Source: Actibacterium sp. 188UL27-1
Lineage (GTDB): Bacteria; Pseudomonadota; Alphaproteobacteria; Rhodobacterales; Rhodobacteraceae
Reading direction: 5' to 3'
DNA length: 64,000 nt
Assembly (NCBI RefSeq): GCF_016901225.1
Contig: NZ_JAFEUL010000001.1
Location: forward strand, 174,773-238,772
Shown: piece by piece, positions 11,815-21,404 of the stretch
Layout of the letters: each line of letters begins with the position of its first letter
Numbering within the stretch: the first letter of the stretch is position 1
Notes under the pieces: generated by a model
Told to the model about the DNA's origin: nothing
The model's input: the letters and a program-made list of their open reading frames with translations, nothing else
The model's database searches: none
Program-made: the position numbers and the translations under genes

Positions 11815-13251
11815 TTATCCGTGGTTCAGCACGATGGTCTTGAGTTGCGAGAACTCCTCCAGCGCGACAAACCCCTTCTCCCGTCCATGTCCGGATTTTC
11901 CGGTCCCGCCGAAGGGAAGCTCGATCCCTCCGCCTGCGCCATAGCCGTTGACAAAGACCTGACCGGCGCGAACCGCTTTGGCAATCCGCATCTGACGCGC
12001 TCCATGGGACGTCCAAATGCCTGCAACAAGGCCATATTGTGTTGAATTGGCAATTCGCAATGCGTCCGCCTCGTCCTGAAACGGCAAGCAGGCCAAAACG
12101 GGGCCAAACACCTCTTCTTGCGCTAGCGGATCATCCTCGGCCACGGGCGCATAAAGGACAGGGGCGACGTAATGCCCGCCCTCTGGTGCGTCATCCGCCA
12201 CGCGGCCTTGCGCCAAAGGCGCACCGGCGGCCGCAATGAACGCCTCAACTCGCGCCTTTTGCCGGGCCGAGATCAGGGCACCCAGATCCCGGTCCGCCTC
12301 CCACGATCCGGCCTCAAGATCCGCAAACCTGACGCGCAGCATGTCGACCACCTGGTCAAAGATCTGTGCTTCGATCAGTACCCGCGATCCCGCCGAACAG
12401 GTCTGCCCGCCATTCTGCACGATCGCCTTGATCAGGACCGGCACAACTGCCTCCAGATCCGCATCGGCAAAGACGATCTGCGGGGATTTACCGCCCAACT
12501 CCAAAGTGCAGCCGATATGGTTCTGTGCCGCCGCGGCCTGCACCAGCGTTCCGGTTTCTGGCGATCCTGTGAAGGACATGAAGTTGATCCCGGGATGTGC
12601 GGCCAAGGCGGCCCCCGCCATTTGTCCAAGGCCTGTCACCACATTCAACGCGCCGGGCGGAAACCCCGCCTCCAACGCCAGCCCGGCAATGTACAATGCG
12701 CTCAGGCTTGCCTCCTCGGCCGGTTTCAGCACCACGGCATTGCCCATGGCCAAGGCCGTGGCGCAAGATCGGCCCACCATCTGCGCGGGGTAATTCCAGG
12801 GAATGATATGGCCGGTCACGCCCAAAGGTTCCCGAATGGTCAGCACCTGATAGCCGTTCAAAAACGGGATCGTCTCGCCATGCACCTTGTCGGCCGCAGC
12901 CCCGTAAAACTCGAAATACCGCGCGCAACAGGTGATATCGACCCGCGCCTGCGACAGGGGCTTGCCGGTATCCATGGCTTCCATTCGGGCGAGCATGTCA
13001 TGGTCCCGCCCGACCAACTCCCCCAACCGGTGCAACAACCGTCCGCGCTCCACCGCCGGGATGGCGCCCCAATCCCCGTCAAAGGCCGCCCGCGCCGCGG
13101 CAATCGCCGCCTCAATCTCAGCCACACCCCCCGCCGCAATCCGACCAATCTCGGCCCCATCGCTGGGACAGATCACCGGCAGGCTATCCGCCGTCGCAAC
13201 CCAGTTTCCCCCAATAAGGCAGGCCTGTTCGACGCGTTGATCAAGTCCCAT
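11815..13251 (-). CDS. NAD(P)-dependent aldehyde dehydrogenase family protein
   Basis: ALDH-family architecture of about 478 aa. The start at 13251 has a perfect upstream SD (CAGGAGGATACC-ATG). The track ORF extends to 13287. Confidence 0.85.
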   Translation of the reverse strand: MGLDQRVEQACLIGGNWVATADSLPVICPSDGAEIGRIAAGGVAEIEAAIAAARAAFDGDWGAIPAVERGRLLHRLGELVGRDHDMLARMEAMDTGKPLSQARVDITCCARYFEFYGAAADKVHGETIPFLNGYQVLTIREPLGVTGHIIPWNYPAQMVGRSCATALAMGNAVVLKPAEEASLSALYIAGLALEAGFPPGALNVVTGLGQMAGAALAAHPGINFMSFTGSPETGTLVQAAAAQNHIGCTLELGGKSPQIVFADADLEAVVPVLIKAIVQNGGQTCSAGSRVLIEAQIFDQVVDMLRVRFADLEAGSWEADRDLGALISARQKARVEAFIAAAGAPLAQGRVADDAPEGGHYVAPVLYAPVAEDDPLAQEEVFGPVLACLPFQDEADALRIANSTQYGLVAGIWTSHGARQMRIAKAVRAGQVFVNGYGAGGGIELPFGGTGKSGHGREKGFVALEEFSQLKTIVLNHG

Positions 13252-13451
13252 GGTATCCTCCTGTCCGATTTCTGAATTTGCATTCAATTAATGCTTGGCA
13301 CAACACCATGGTTCGGCGGCTTCGTCTCGTCGCCTCGCCCCGGGGGGACTGGGCACAGCAATTCAGGCGCCTCACCGTTCTTCTTCTGGACAGGCTGTTT
13401 TGAATAAGGAAACAATGCCACAGACTTTGGACGACTGCTGGGATTTGCGAG

Positions 13452-13937
13452 TTGCGATATTTGAACAAAGCGTGGCAACGCCTTCTTTTGATCATAGGTA
13501 CACTTGGTATGATCGCCGCGGCATTTGTCAGTTTTTTCGAACTGGCGGATCGCATCTGGTCGCCGCCTCCGCTGGTTGTCGCAGCAGAGGTGGTGGAAAC
13601 CAAACGTATCAAGGTTGTTATCGACCCTCCTGCTTCGGACTTTGCCAATCGCCTTGCCGCGGATTTGGGTTCGGCCGCTCAAGCCTGCGACGGCACCTCG
13701 ATTTCGATCACAAGCTTTGTTCGCAAGGATACGGCAGCGGATCAGACATCACACGGGATGGAGAGCGTCTTTCTATCGGTGAGCCTTCGGACGGTGTCTT
13801 CCGATCGGGCGCAATCCTTCGAGGAGGTGGGAACCGGCAAGGGCCCCTCGGCCGCTGCTGACGCCTATCTGGGCCTTTTTGAAAATGTTTCGACCACGTT
13901 TCGGGAAATTCTGCCGAAGTGCTTTGACAAGGAGTAG
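13452..13937 (+). CDS. Hypothetical membrane-anchored protein
   Basis: N-terminal TM helix LLLIIGTLGMIAAAFVSFF. Its stop abuts the start of the next gene (13937/13938). Confidence 0.5.
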   Translation: MRYLNKAWQRLLLIIGTLGMIAAAFVSFFELADRIWSPPPLVVAAEVVETKRIKVVIDPPASDFANRLAADLGSAAQACDGTSISITSFVRKDTAADQTSHGMESVFLSVSLRTVSSDRAQSFEEVGTGKGPSAAADAYLGLFENVSTTFREILPKCFDKE

Positions 13938-14993
13938 ATGATGTTGAGAAAAAGCCTTTGGGCCGCTGCCCTCGCCGTTTGCTTCAGCGGCCAGTTGAGT
14001 TTTGCCGCAGGATCCTTGGATGAAGCCTTGACCGAGATTGCGGGCCAGATCGTAGAGAGCCTTCCGCAAGACGATCTTCCGACAGTTGCAATTTCGACAT
14101 TCACCCATACCGGCAACACATGCTCCGATCTTTCCAATTACATTTCCGAGATCATGTTGCCCACGGTCCAACGCAACGGCAATTTTCGGATCTTTGCGCG
14201 CAGCCAACTCAGCGCCATTTTCCGCGAGCTTGAACTGGTTTACGATGGCACGATTTCCCCATCCGCCGCTCAAGAGATCGGAAAGATATCTGGCGTCGAA
14301 GCCATCCTGACCGGCAATATCACCCCGTTTGGCCAGCGCTTAATGGTCATTGCCACCCTGATCGACACGTCCGATGGTGGAGTGCTGGCATCGGCAACTG
14401 CCGATTTCCCCATAACCGAGACCGAACGCGCGCTTCTGGCGACCCAGAACGCGGCTTTGTGTGGGTTCATAAATCGATCCGGGGGATCAGGACCGGCAAC
14501 CACGTCGGCATCGTCCACCACAACCGGGGGCTTGCCCTTGGCGCCCAGCGGCGACACATCATTTTCCTCGGATATCTTCGAGGCACAGGTTGCCAGTCTT
14601 TATTACGCACCGACCTCCGGCGATACGACATGGACGATCCGGTTTCGAAACATATCCGACAAACCAATCGGGCTCTCGGCAGTTCCCGGCAGCTTTTCCA
14701 TCGCCGATGGCATTGGCGGTGTGATGGCCATGGGGGAGCAATGGTCCGGCGTCCGACAATGCTACCGGGCGACGCAACTTCAGTACTGCAACACATCCGA
14801 CCCAAAGTATGCGACCATCCTGCCGCCGGGCAAAGTGGCCCAGTTGAATTTCAACTCCTCTGGCGCCAAGGATCTGGCCAACCCTTTACTCACGGTATCA
14901 ATGGAGTTTGTTGTGACGCCTGACACATCCGACACCGCAACCTATGACGTGCGGTCCGTCGGTTTCTTTGATCTGCAACCGGTGATCCGATAA
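13938..14993 (+). CDS. Secreted hypothetical protein with an N-terminal FlgO/CsgG/LpoB-like tethering domain
   Basis: A signal peptide is followed by a segment ([12 protein letters not shown]...[18 protein letters not shown]...[32 protein letters not shown]) resembling the FlgO/CsgG-like periplasmic fold. The C-terminal roughly 200 aa are unknown and Ser/Thr-rich. Confidence 0.5.
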   Translation: MMLRKSLWAAALAVCFSGQLSFAAGSLDEALTEIAGQIVESLPQDDLPTVAISTFTHTGNTCSDLSNYISEIMLPTVQRNGNFRIFARSQLSAIFRELELVYDGTISPSAAQEIGKISGVEAILTGNITPFGQRLMVIATLIDTSDGGVLASATADFPITETERALLATQNAALCGFINRSGGSGPATTSASSTTTGGLPLAPSGDTSFSSDIFEAQVASLYYAPTSGDTTWTIRFRNISDKPIGLSAVPGSFSIADGIGGVMAMGEQWSGVRQCYRATQLQYCNTSDPKYATILPPGKVAQLNFNSSGAKDLANPLLTVSMEFVVTPDTSDTATYDVRSVGFFDLQPVIR

Positions 14994-15078
14994 ACCCATC
15001 CAGCTCTGCGACCATGCGCGCGAGGGGTCGGGGTGCGCTTTGCTTGACCGACCCACCAAACCCAACCATATCAAACCA

Positions 15079-16878
15079 ATGACCGATCTGACCCATATCC
15101 GCAATTTCTCGATCGTGGCCCATATCGACCACGGCAAATCCACGCTGGCCGACCGGCTGATCCAGCTCACCGGCACCGTGGCCGAGCGGGACATGAAGGA
15201 ACAGCTCCTTGATAGCATGGATATCGAGCGGGAGCGCGGCATCACGATCAAGGCCAACTCGGTCCGTATCGAATATCCCGCCAAGGACGGTCAGACCTAC
15301 ATCCTCAACCTCATCGACACGCCGGGTCACGTCGATTTTGCATATGAAGTCAGCCGGTCCATGCGCGCCGTCGAAGGCTCGCTGCTGGTCGTCGACGCCT
15401 CTCAGGGGGTCGAGGCGCAGACGCTGGCCAATGTCTACCAGGCCATCGATGCCGACCACGAGATCGTCCCGGTCCTCAACAAAGTCGACCTGCCCGCCGC
15501 CGATTGCGACCGCGTGGCCGAACAGATCGAGGATGTGATCGGCATCGACGCCACCGACGCTGTCCAGATCTCCGCCAAGACCGGCCTTGGCATCCCCGAC
15601 GTCCTGGAGGCCATCGTCCAGCGCCTCCCCGCGCCCCAGGGCGACCGTGACGCCCCCCTCAAGGCCATGCTGGTGGATAGCTGGTACGACCCCTATCTGG
15701 GCGTCGTCGTCATGATCCGCGTCATGGAAGGTGTCATCAAAAAGGGCGACCGCATCCGCATGATGCAGACCGCTGCCACCTATCCCATCGACCGCCTCGC
15801 CGTCCTGCGCCCCGAAATGCAGAATATCGCTGAACTGGGCCCGGGCGAAATCGGCGTCCTGACCGCGTCGATCAAGCAGGTCCGCGACACCCGCGTCGGT
15901 GACACGATCACCCATGAAAAGCGTCAGACCGAAACCGCTTTGCCAGGCTTCAAACCCGCCCAGCCAGTCGTGTTCTGTGGCCTTTTCCCCGTCGATAATG
16001 GCGAGTTCGAGGATCTGCGCGACGCCATCGAAAAGCTCGCCCTCAACGATGCCAGCTTTTCGTTCGAGATGGAGACCAGTGCCGCCCTGGGCTTCGGCTT
16101 CCGTTGCGGCTTTCTGGGCCTGCTGCACCTGGAAGTCATCCGCGACCGGATCGAGCGTGAATACCAGATCGAACTGATCACAACCGCGCCGTCGGTTATC
16201 TATCACGTCCATATGCGCGACGGCACGATGGAGGAATTGCACAATCCCGCCGACATGCCCGACCTGACCCTGGTCGACCATATCGAAGAACCCCGGATCA
16301 AGGCCACGATCCTGGTCCCCGACGACTACCTGGGCGACGTCCTGAAATTGTGTCAGGATCGGCGCGGCATCCAGGAAGACCTCACCTATGCGGGCACCCG
16401 CGCCATGGTCGTCTATGACCTGCCGCTGAACGAGGTGGTCTTCGACTTCTACGATAGGCTCAAATCGGTAACGAAGGGTTATGCCAGCTTCGATTACCAG
16501 ATGACCGGCTATCGCCAGGATTTCCTTGTCAAAATGCAGGTCCTCGTGAACGAGGAGCCCGTCGACGCCCTCTCCATTATGGTCCACCGCGACCGGGCCG
16601 AGATGCGCGGCCGCGCCATGTGCGAAAAGCTCAAGGATCTGATCCCGCGCCACATGTTCAAAATCCCGATCCAAGCCGCGATCGGAGGCCGCGTCATCGC
16701 CCGCGAAACCCTGTCGGCCATGCGCAAGGATGTCACCGCCAAATGCTACGGGGGAGACGCCACCCGCAAGAAAAAGCTCCTGGAAAAGCAAAAGGCCGGC
16801 AAGAAAAAGATGCGCCAGTTCGGGAAGGTAGACATCCCCCAAGAGGCCTTCATCTCAGCGCTGAAAATGGATGGGTAG
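15079..16878 (+). CDS. lepA: Translation elongation factor 4
   Basis: [27 protein letters not shown]... spans 599 aa and is classic LepA. The track ORF starts 39 nt upstream. Confidence 0.95.
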   Translation: MTDLTHIRNFSIVAHIDHGKSTLADRLIQLTGTVAERDMKEQLLDSMDIERERGITIKANSVRIEYPAKDGQTYILNLIDTPGHVDFAYEVSRSMRAVEGSLLVVDASQGVEAQTLANVYQAIDADHEIVPVLNKVDLPAADCDRVAEQIEDVIGIDATDAVQISAKTGLGIPDVLEAIVQRLPAPQGDRDAPLKAMLVDSWYDPYLGVVVMIRVMEGVIKKGDRIRMMQTAATYPIDRLAVLRPEMQNIAELGPGEIGVLTASIKQVRDTRVGDTITHEKRQTETALPGFKPAQPVVFCGLFPVDNGEFEDLRDAIEKLALNDASFSFEMETSAALGFGFRCGFLGLLHLEVIRDRIEREYQIELITTAPSVIYHVHMRDGTMEELHNPADMPDLTLVDHIEEPRIKATILVPDDYLGDVLKLCQDRRGIQEDLTYAGTRAMVVYDLPLNEVVFDFYDRLKSVTKGYASFDYQMTGYRQDFLVKMQVLVNEEPVDALSIMVHRDRAEMRGRAMCEKLKDLIPRHMFKIPIQAAIGGRVIARETLSAMRKDVTAKCYGGDATRKKKLLEKQKAGKKKMRQFGKVDIPQEAFISALKMDG

Positions 16879-17716
16879 TAGAAGTCGTTACATCCCTGAA
16901 GATATTCGGCGTCGAGTTCGCCAGCGTGACGGTTTTTGCTGTGTGGTATGTGGTAACATGCCCACTGATTATCATCATATTAAGATGTATTCGAAGGGCG
17001 GTCAGCATGATTTGAACAACTTAGTGCTTCTGTGCAAGAAGCATCACGATGATGCTACACATAGGCGGTTGAGTGAGAACCAGATTAAAGCAAAGATGGG
17101 TTCTCCTTACCGTGATAGGAGTAGATCACCAGGTTATTATTTTGATCATATCTATAAGAAAGTAATTGTAGCAGGCGGTAATACAATCGATATCGCGGAG
17201 GGCAGTATAACGCATATATTGGCCATAAACGATTACCGCTTTAGTGTGCGAATAGAGGGTGATATTCCTTTTTTCTCGTTCAACTTTCCTGACATGGCTG
17301 GAAATCAGTCGTTTCGCATGGAGGATAACTCGTTTTTCGTTATGGGTAGGTCGCTTTGGGACTTTCGATTGAAAGGTTCGCGGTTGGAGGCTTGGCACGG
17401 TACTCGAAAGAAATTTATCCAACTTTCTTTCGTTGATGGTGAGCTAATTGTTAACGATTTAAAAGTTTTTTGTGACGGAATTGCTGTGCGGATGACCAAG
17501 AAGTTGACTAGATGTATGTGGATAGATGATGTGCAGCAAACATTTTATGCGAACTACTTTGTTGCTCCTATGTCAGAGTCTTGCTTGCTTGCGAATGATC
17601 GCGTCGACTTACGTTCCTGTATTCATATGCCTATCGAAAGTGGTACTGTTACAATCAGACAGGCAGATAAATGGTTTAAGAAATCTGCACGAGCATTTCA
17701 CATTATTGATCATTGA
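16871..17716 (+). CDS. HNH endonuclease-domain protein fused to a C-terminal domain of unknown function
   Basis: Motif CCVVCG...[32 protein letters not shown] fits the HNH fold (Cys pairs, HH, Asn). The ATG lies 8 nt inside the lepA 3' end. Gene body GC drops sharply after about 16950. Confidence 0.6.
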   Translation: MGSRSRYIPEDIRRRVRQRDGFCCVVCGNMPTDYHHIKMYSKGGQHDLNNLVLLCKKHHDDATHRRLSENQIKAKMGSPYRDRSRSPGYYFDHIYKKVIVAGGNTIDIAEGSITHILAINDYRFSVRIEGDIPFFSFNFPDMAGNQSFRMEDNSFFVMGRSLWDFRLKGSRLEAWHGTRKKFIQLSFVDGELIVNDLKVFCDGIAVRMTKKLTRCMWIDDVQQTFYANYFVAPMSESCLLANDRVDLRSCIHMPIESGTVTIRQADKWFKKSARAFHIIDH

Positions 17717-17897
17717 GCAAACTACTATGCGTAGGTGCGTGCTCGCACGCAACGCTCCGACATACCCAATTACGCTCAAAACGGCGCAGTGTATCACGAC
17801 TCTAGGTTACCTTCTCACGATTGTGACATTCCCTCGAACTTGAAAATGACATTGAGGTGCATGAAATGACGCACCCTGTAATGATTAGGGGAACACC

Positions 17898-17918
17898 GCC
17901 CCACAAAAGGGGCGGTAC
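17898..17918. terminator. GC hairpin (CCGCCCC-ACAAAA-GGGGCGG) with flanking T-rich tract
   Basis: Perfect 7-bp inverted repeat followed by tacctttagctttt on the + strand. It lies between convergent genes. Confidence 0.3.
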
Positions 17919-17927
17919 CTTTAGCTT

Positions 17928-18338
17928 TTACCGGTGGTGTTCGCACATGACGTAGACAGAGGCATTTGCTTCGGTCGAGGCCGTTGGGCGACCGCTGCGG
18001 TTGGTAAATTCAACCGTCCAACTCCGGGTGTTCTTAGGGTAGCTTGCCGTGACCATAATGGGTCCGTCGGGATAAACGCGTTCACCGGCATGAAAACCGC
18101 CAGCGATTGCGTAATGCCGACCGGGGCATGTTACGGTCACCGTATGGGTGTCTTTGACTCCGATCACAGGTAATTGCACTGCTTCCGTCACCACCCCATG
18201 GGCGCCCGCTTGGGTCGAAATAGCTGCCACAGCAGCAATAAGGGCAGCTTTTGTAGATGTCTTTTGGCTAAACATTACCATATCCTCACATGTTACAAGT
18301 AATAACGTCAAAGTGATCACTGATGCTGAGATAATCAA
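17928..18338 (-). CDS. Small secreted hypothetical protein in the low-GC islet
   Basis: Signal peptide MFSQKTSTKAALIAAVAAISTQAGA. The real start is probably near 18275-18281. Confidence 0.45.
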   Translation of the reverse strand: MIISASVITLTLLLVTCEDMVMFSQKTSTKAALIAAVAAISTQAGAHGVVTEAVQLPVIGVKDTHTVTVTCPGRHYAIAGGFHAGERVYPDGPIMVTASYPKNTRSWTVEFTNRSGRPTASTEANASVYVMCEHHR

Positions 18339-18555
18339 TAGTTGAAGATTTTTTTCGGGCCTGTTTTTGTGAATTATAGGAATTCCTTACCTAACGAAAA
18401 AATGCTAAAATAGGCCATAGTTCTGCCACTTGTTTAGCTTCGATAGCTGTCTTGGTTTCCACTGTCTTTATGCATCAAAGTCATTAAAAACGACCGCCAC
18501 ATATTGCACAGATATTTCGCGTGGTCTCTGTGGATCTTATGGAAAAATTGGGCTT

Positions 18556-18953
18556 TTAATCTAGGTTACGTAGAACCCGCCAGGCGCCTTCATCCGCGTC
18601 CCGCAGGCGCCGCAATGCCAATTCCGCTTGTTCGCGGAGCGCTTTGCGGCACTGCTTTTTCGTGGCGTCGATCTGGATGCGCAGGTCTGTTATGGCCTGC
18701 ACCTCCGGCGCCTGTTCGGCATCCACCTTTGCTGCCAAACCTCAACCGCCTTCAGGATCGTGCTGAGTTGATCGCCGTAGCTCGTGACCTCGGTCACCAC
18801 CTGACGCTCGATTTCTGGCACCCCGGCGATTTGGGTCGAAATCGCACCCAACAAAATCTCCTGGTCGACATTGCCCGATAGCGGCAGGTTAAATTCCGGA
18901 GCCCAAAGGGCAAATGGTCCGAACATGGGAACGCTCCTCGTTGAAATATGCAC
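18556..18953 (-). pseudogene. Frameshifted hypothetical ORF (two overlapping frames, 87 aa + 60 aa)
   Basis: ORFs 18690..18953 and 18556..18738 lie on the same strand in different frames and read as one roughly 140-aa protein if a 1-nt shift near 18735 is repaired. Confidence 0.35.
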
Positions 18954-19069
18954 GAGGATATCTACCCAATCAGGATCGGAGCAGCGCGTGAAATAACCGT
19001 CTGTCGCCGTTCAAAATGGTCAGGCGCAATTGGTGGGCGATCCGTTGGGTCGGTCGCCCATCCTGCGGG

Positions 19070-19201
19070 CTAAAAGTCGTTGCGGACGTCCCGGGCCGTG
19101 TCGGAAATCGCTTGGCCGGCATCTTCGATATCGCGGCCCGCGCCTTCGATTGTGCCGCAGGCGGTGAGGGCGAAAAGGGACAGGATCAGAATGGTGCGCA
19201 T
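19070..19201 (-). CDS. Entericidin A/B family lipoprotein (43 aa)
   Basis: Manual translation gives MRTILILSLFALTACGTIEGAGRDIEDAGQAISDTARDVRNDF* with lipobox LTAC. GGAGG lies 7 nt upstream of the ATG. It is absent from the ORF track because it is shorter than 60 aa. Confidence 0.8.
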   Translation of the reverse strand: MRTILILSLFALTACGTIEGAGRDIEDAGQAISDTARDVRNDF

Positions 19202-19308
19202 GGGTCATCCTCCGTTTGTTGGCATTTTATCCGTTGCGGATTTCGCTGCAAGTCCGCGCGGCGCGTATGTATGGGATGTGTATGCGTTGTGTATTGGTTC
19301 TGCATTGC

Positions 19309-20070
19309 CTATGCGGACAGGAACGCAGCCACGGCGACCTCAAATTCGCGCGGCTTTTCGGCATGCAGCCAGTGCCCCGCGCCGGGGATCTTGGCAAACC
19401 GCGCTTTGGGGAAATATCCTTTGATCACAGGGCGATGCTGCGGCAGCACGTAATCCGACGCCCCCCCCGACAGCATCAGGACCGGCCCGCCGAACTGCCC
19501 CTCGATCTCTGGCCATCCCACGATCTTGGGCATGTCTGCCGCCAGAACCTCCAGATTTAGCGTCCACCGGGTCGGATCGGATTTCAGGTCCAGGGATTGC
19601 AACAAAAACGCCCGGATCGCCGGATCTTCGACCGTTTGGCTGAGTGCGGCATCCGCTTCGCTGCGCAACGTGATGCCGTTTAGGTCAAGTCCTTGCATTG
19701 CCTCAATAAACTGGATTTGCGAATGGCCGTAGGCGACGGGGGCAATATCTGCCACCACCATCCGCCGGACCAGTTCAGGCTGCGTCAGCGCCAGGATCAT
19801 CGCAGCTTTGCCACCCATGGAATGCCCAACGATATCGACGGGGTGGCCGATTTGCGCGATCACCTCTGCCAGATCCCCAGCCATGTCAGCATAGCTGTGA
19901 GACGGCAAATGGGGGCTGTCGCCGTGGTTGCGCATATCCACCGTGACGACCCGGTGTGCCGCGCTCAAACGCTTTGAAATCACACCCCAATTCCGCGCCG
20001 ACCCGTAAAGCCCGTGCACGATCAAGACGGTCGTGCCGTCGGTGGTTCCGTATGTCGTGTATCTCAGCAT
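19309..20070 (-). CDS. Alpha/beta fold hydrolase
   Basis: GHSMGG nucleophile elbow and HGLYGSARNW oxyanion region in a 253-aa protein. Confidence 0.85.
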   Translation of the reverse strand: MLRYTTYGTTDGTTVLIVHGLYGSARNWGVISKRLSAAHRVVTVDMRNHGDSPHLPSHSYADMAGDLAEVIAQIGHPVDIVGHSMGGKAAMILALTQPELVRRMVVADIAPVAYGHSQIQFIEAMQGLDLNGITLRSEADAALSQTVEDPAIRAFLLQSLDLKSDPTRWTLNLEVLAADMPKIVGWPEIEGQFGGPVLMLSGGASDYVLPQHRPVIKGYFPKARFAKIPGAGHWLHAEKPREFEVAVAAFLSA

Positions 20071-20145
20071 GGCACTGTCCTAGCGACAGGGGCGTTTGGT
20101 GACCAGCGACTTTCCCTTGGCTTCGGTACCCGGTACAAGACCGGC

Positions 20146-20520
20146 ATGGCGGATGATACGATTGATGACAGAACGACCAAGCTGGCCAAGCTGATGCAGG
20201 ACCGGTTGGGGATCCGTCGCGGATCGGGGTTTGCCGAGAAGGTCCAGATTGCCGGACGGTTGTTGCCGCGGCGGATCCGGCGTGAGGCGCAGGTCCTGAT
20301 CGACACGGCGGTTCTGACCCAGAATCCCAAGCTGCGCCGTCAGATCAACCATGATCAGTTGCGCAAGTCGTTTGCGGTCGTTGAGACCCATCTTAAGGGC
20401 ATTGATCCGAATGAGCGCTTGAAGGGCCGGATCCTGACGATCCTGGCCATCATCGCCTTTAACTTTCTGCTGATTGCCGCGACGATCATCACGGTGATGG
20501 TCTGGCGAGGTGACCTTTAG
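20146..20520 (+). CDS. Hypothetical protein with C-terminal TM helix
   Basis: ATG at 20146 (MADDTIDDR...). The C-terminal ILAIIAFNFLLIAATIITVMVW is a membrane anchor. Confidence 0.4.
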   Translation: MADDTIDDRTTKLAKLMQDRLGIRRGSGFAEKVQIAGRLLPRRIRREAQVLIDTAVLTQNPKLRRQINHDQLRKSFAVVETHLKGIDPNERLKGRILTILAIIAFNFLLIAATIITVMVWRGDL

Positions 20521-21404
20521 ATCGTACTGAGATCGCCCTTCTGGTCGATCACAGTGACTTGGCGCAACATGGGCAGCTGCGCCTTGACCGCTTTGATCAG
20601 GGCGAGGTCCGCATGGACTAGGGCCGTGGAGAGGGCGTCGGCGAGCGTCGCTGTCTCGGCCTCTATGGTCACGGTCGACCAAGGCGCGGATTGATCGGGG
20701 GATCTCGGGTTCAGGACATGGCTCTGCCCCCCGGAAAAGAGGAGCGCGCCCGGGCTGGTGGTGGCCAGGGCGCCGGTTTGCAGGGTGCGATACCCGACCA
20801 GACCATGGTCCGGGTCACTGATCCCGATCTTCCAATCCTGACCACGGCCGCAATATTCACCGATATTGACCAGAGTCCGGTCAAAGCCGCGCTCTTCCAG
20901 CTCTTTGGTCACCAGATCCGTGGCATAACCTTGGGCTATCCCGTTGAAGGTGAGTGCTTGGCCGATCTGCAGACCCAACGGATCACGCCTGACACGATCC
21001 CACCCAATGACCGACGTGGAGGGCAGGGGCGCTTTGCCCGCCAATCCTGCCCAAAGTGGCTGGACAGTCGGATCAAATAAACCGCCAGTGACGCGATGGG
21101 CGAGGTCCACCACATCCAACAGCGGCGCCCAGAGTTGGGGCAGGGGATCAAGACGGCCCTGTGTATTCAAACGCGACAGCGAAGAGGCCGGATCGTAAAG
21201 GGTAAACTCAGCCTCTACAGCGCGGATCCGATCATGGGCCGCGGCCAATGCCGCCTGTGCCAGGTCATTGGGGCCATGCAGGATGATCTGAGCCTCTGCC
21301 CCCAAGGCGCGACCGTGCCAGCGATGGGGCCTGGCGGCGGCCCGCAACCCGGTTGCGGTGCAGGCCGCGGAAATAGCCAGAAAACGGCGGCGAGACAGCT
21401 TCAT
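20517..21404 (-). CDS. apbE: FAD:protein FMN transferase (ApbE/NosX family)
   Basis: Tat-like N-terminus MKLSRRRFLAISAA and ApbE-family length. It sits directly downstream of nosR-like with a 4-nt overlap. Confidence 0.8.
   Translation of the reverse strand: MKLSRRRFLAISAACTATGLRAAARPHRWHGRALGAEAQIILHGPNDLAQAALAAAHDRIRAVEAEFTLYDPASSLSRLNTQGRLDPLPQLWAPLLDVVDLAHRVTGGLFDPTVQPLWAGLAGKAPLPSTSVIGWDRVRRDPLGLQIGQALTFNGIAQGYATDLVTKELEERGFDRTLVNIGEYCGRGQDWKIGISDPDHGLVGYRTLQTGALATTSPGALLFSGGQSHVLNPRSPDQSAPWSTVTIEAETATLADALSTALVHADLALIKAVKAQLPMLRQVTVIDQKGDLSTI

Noticed and set aside
14890-16842. 650-aa ORF on the minus strand
   Set aside because: It is antisense to lepA, a near-certain conserved gene. 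It is a high-GC antisense artefact with a low-complexity D/G/V-rich translation.
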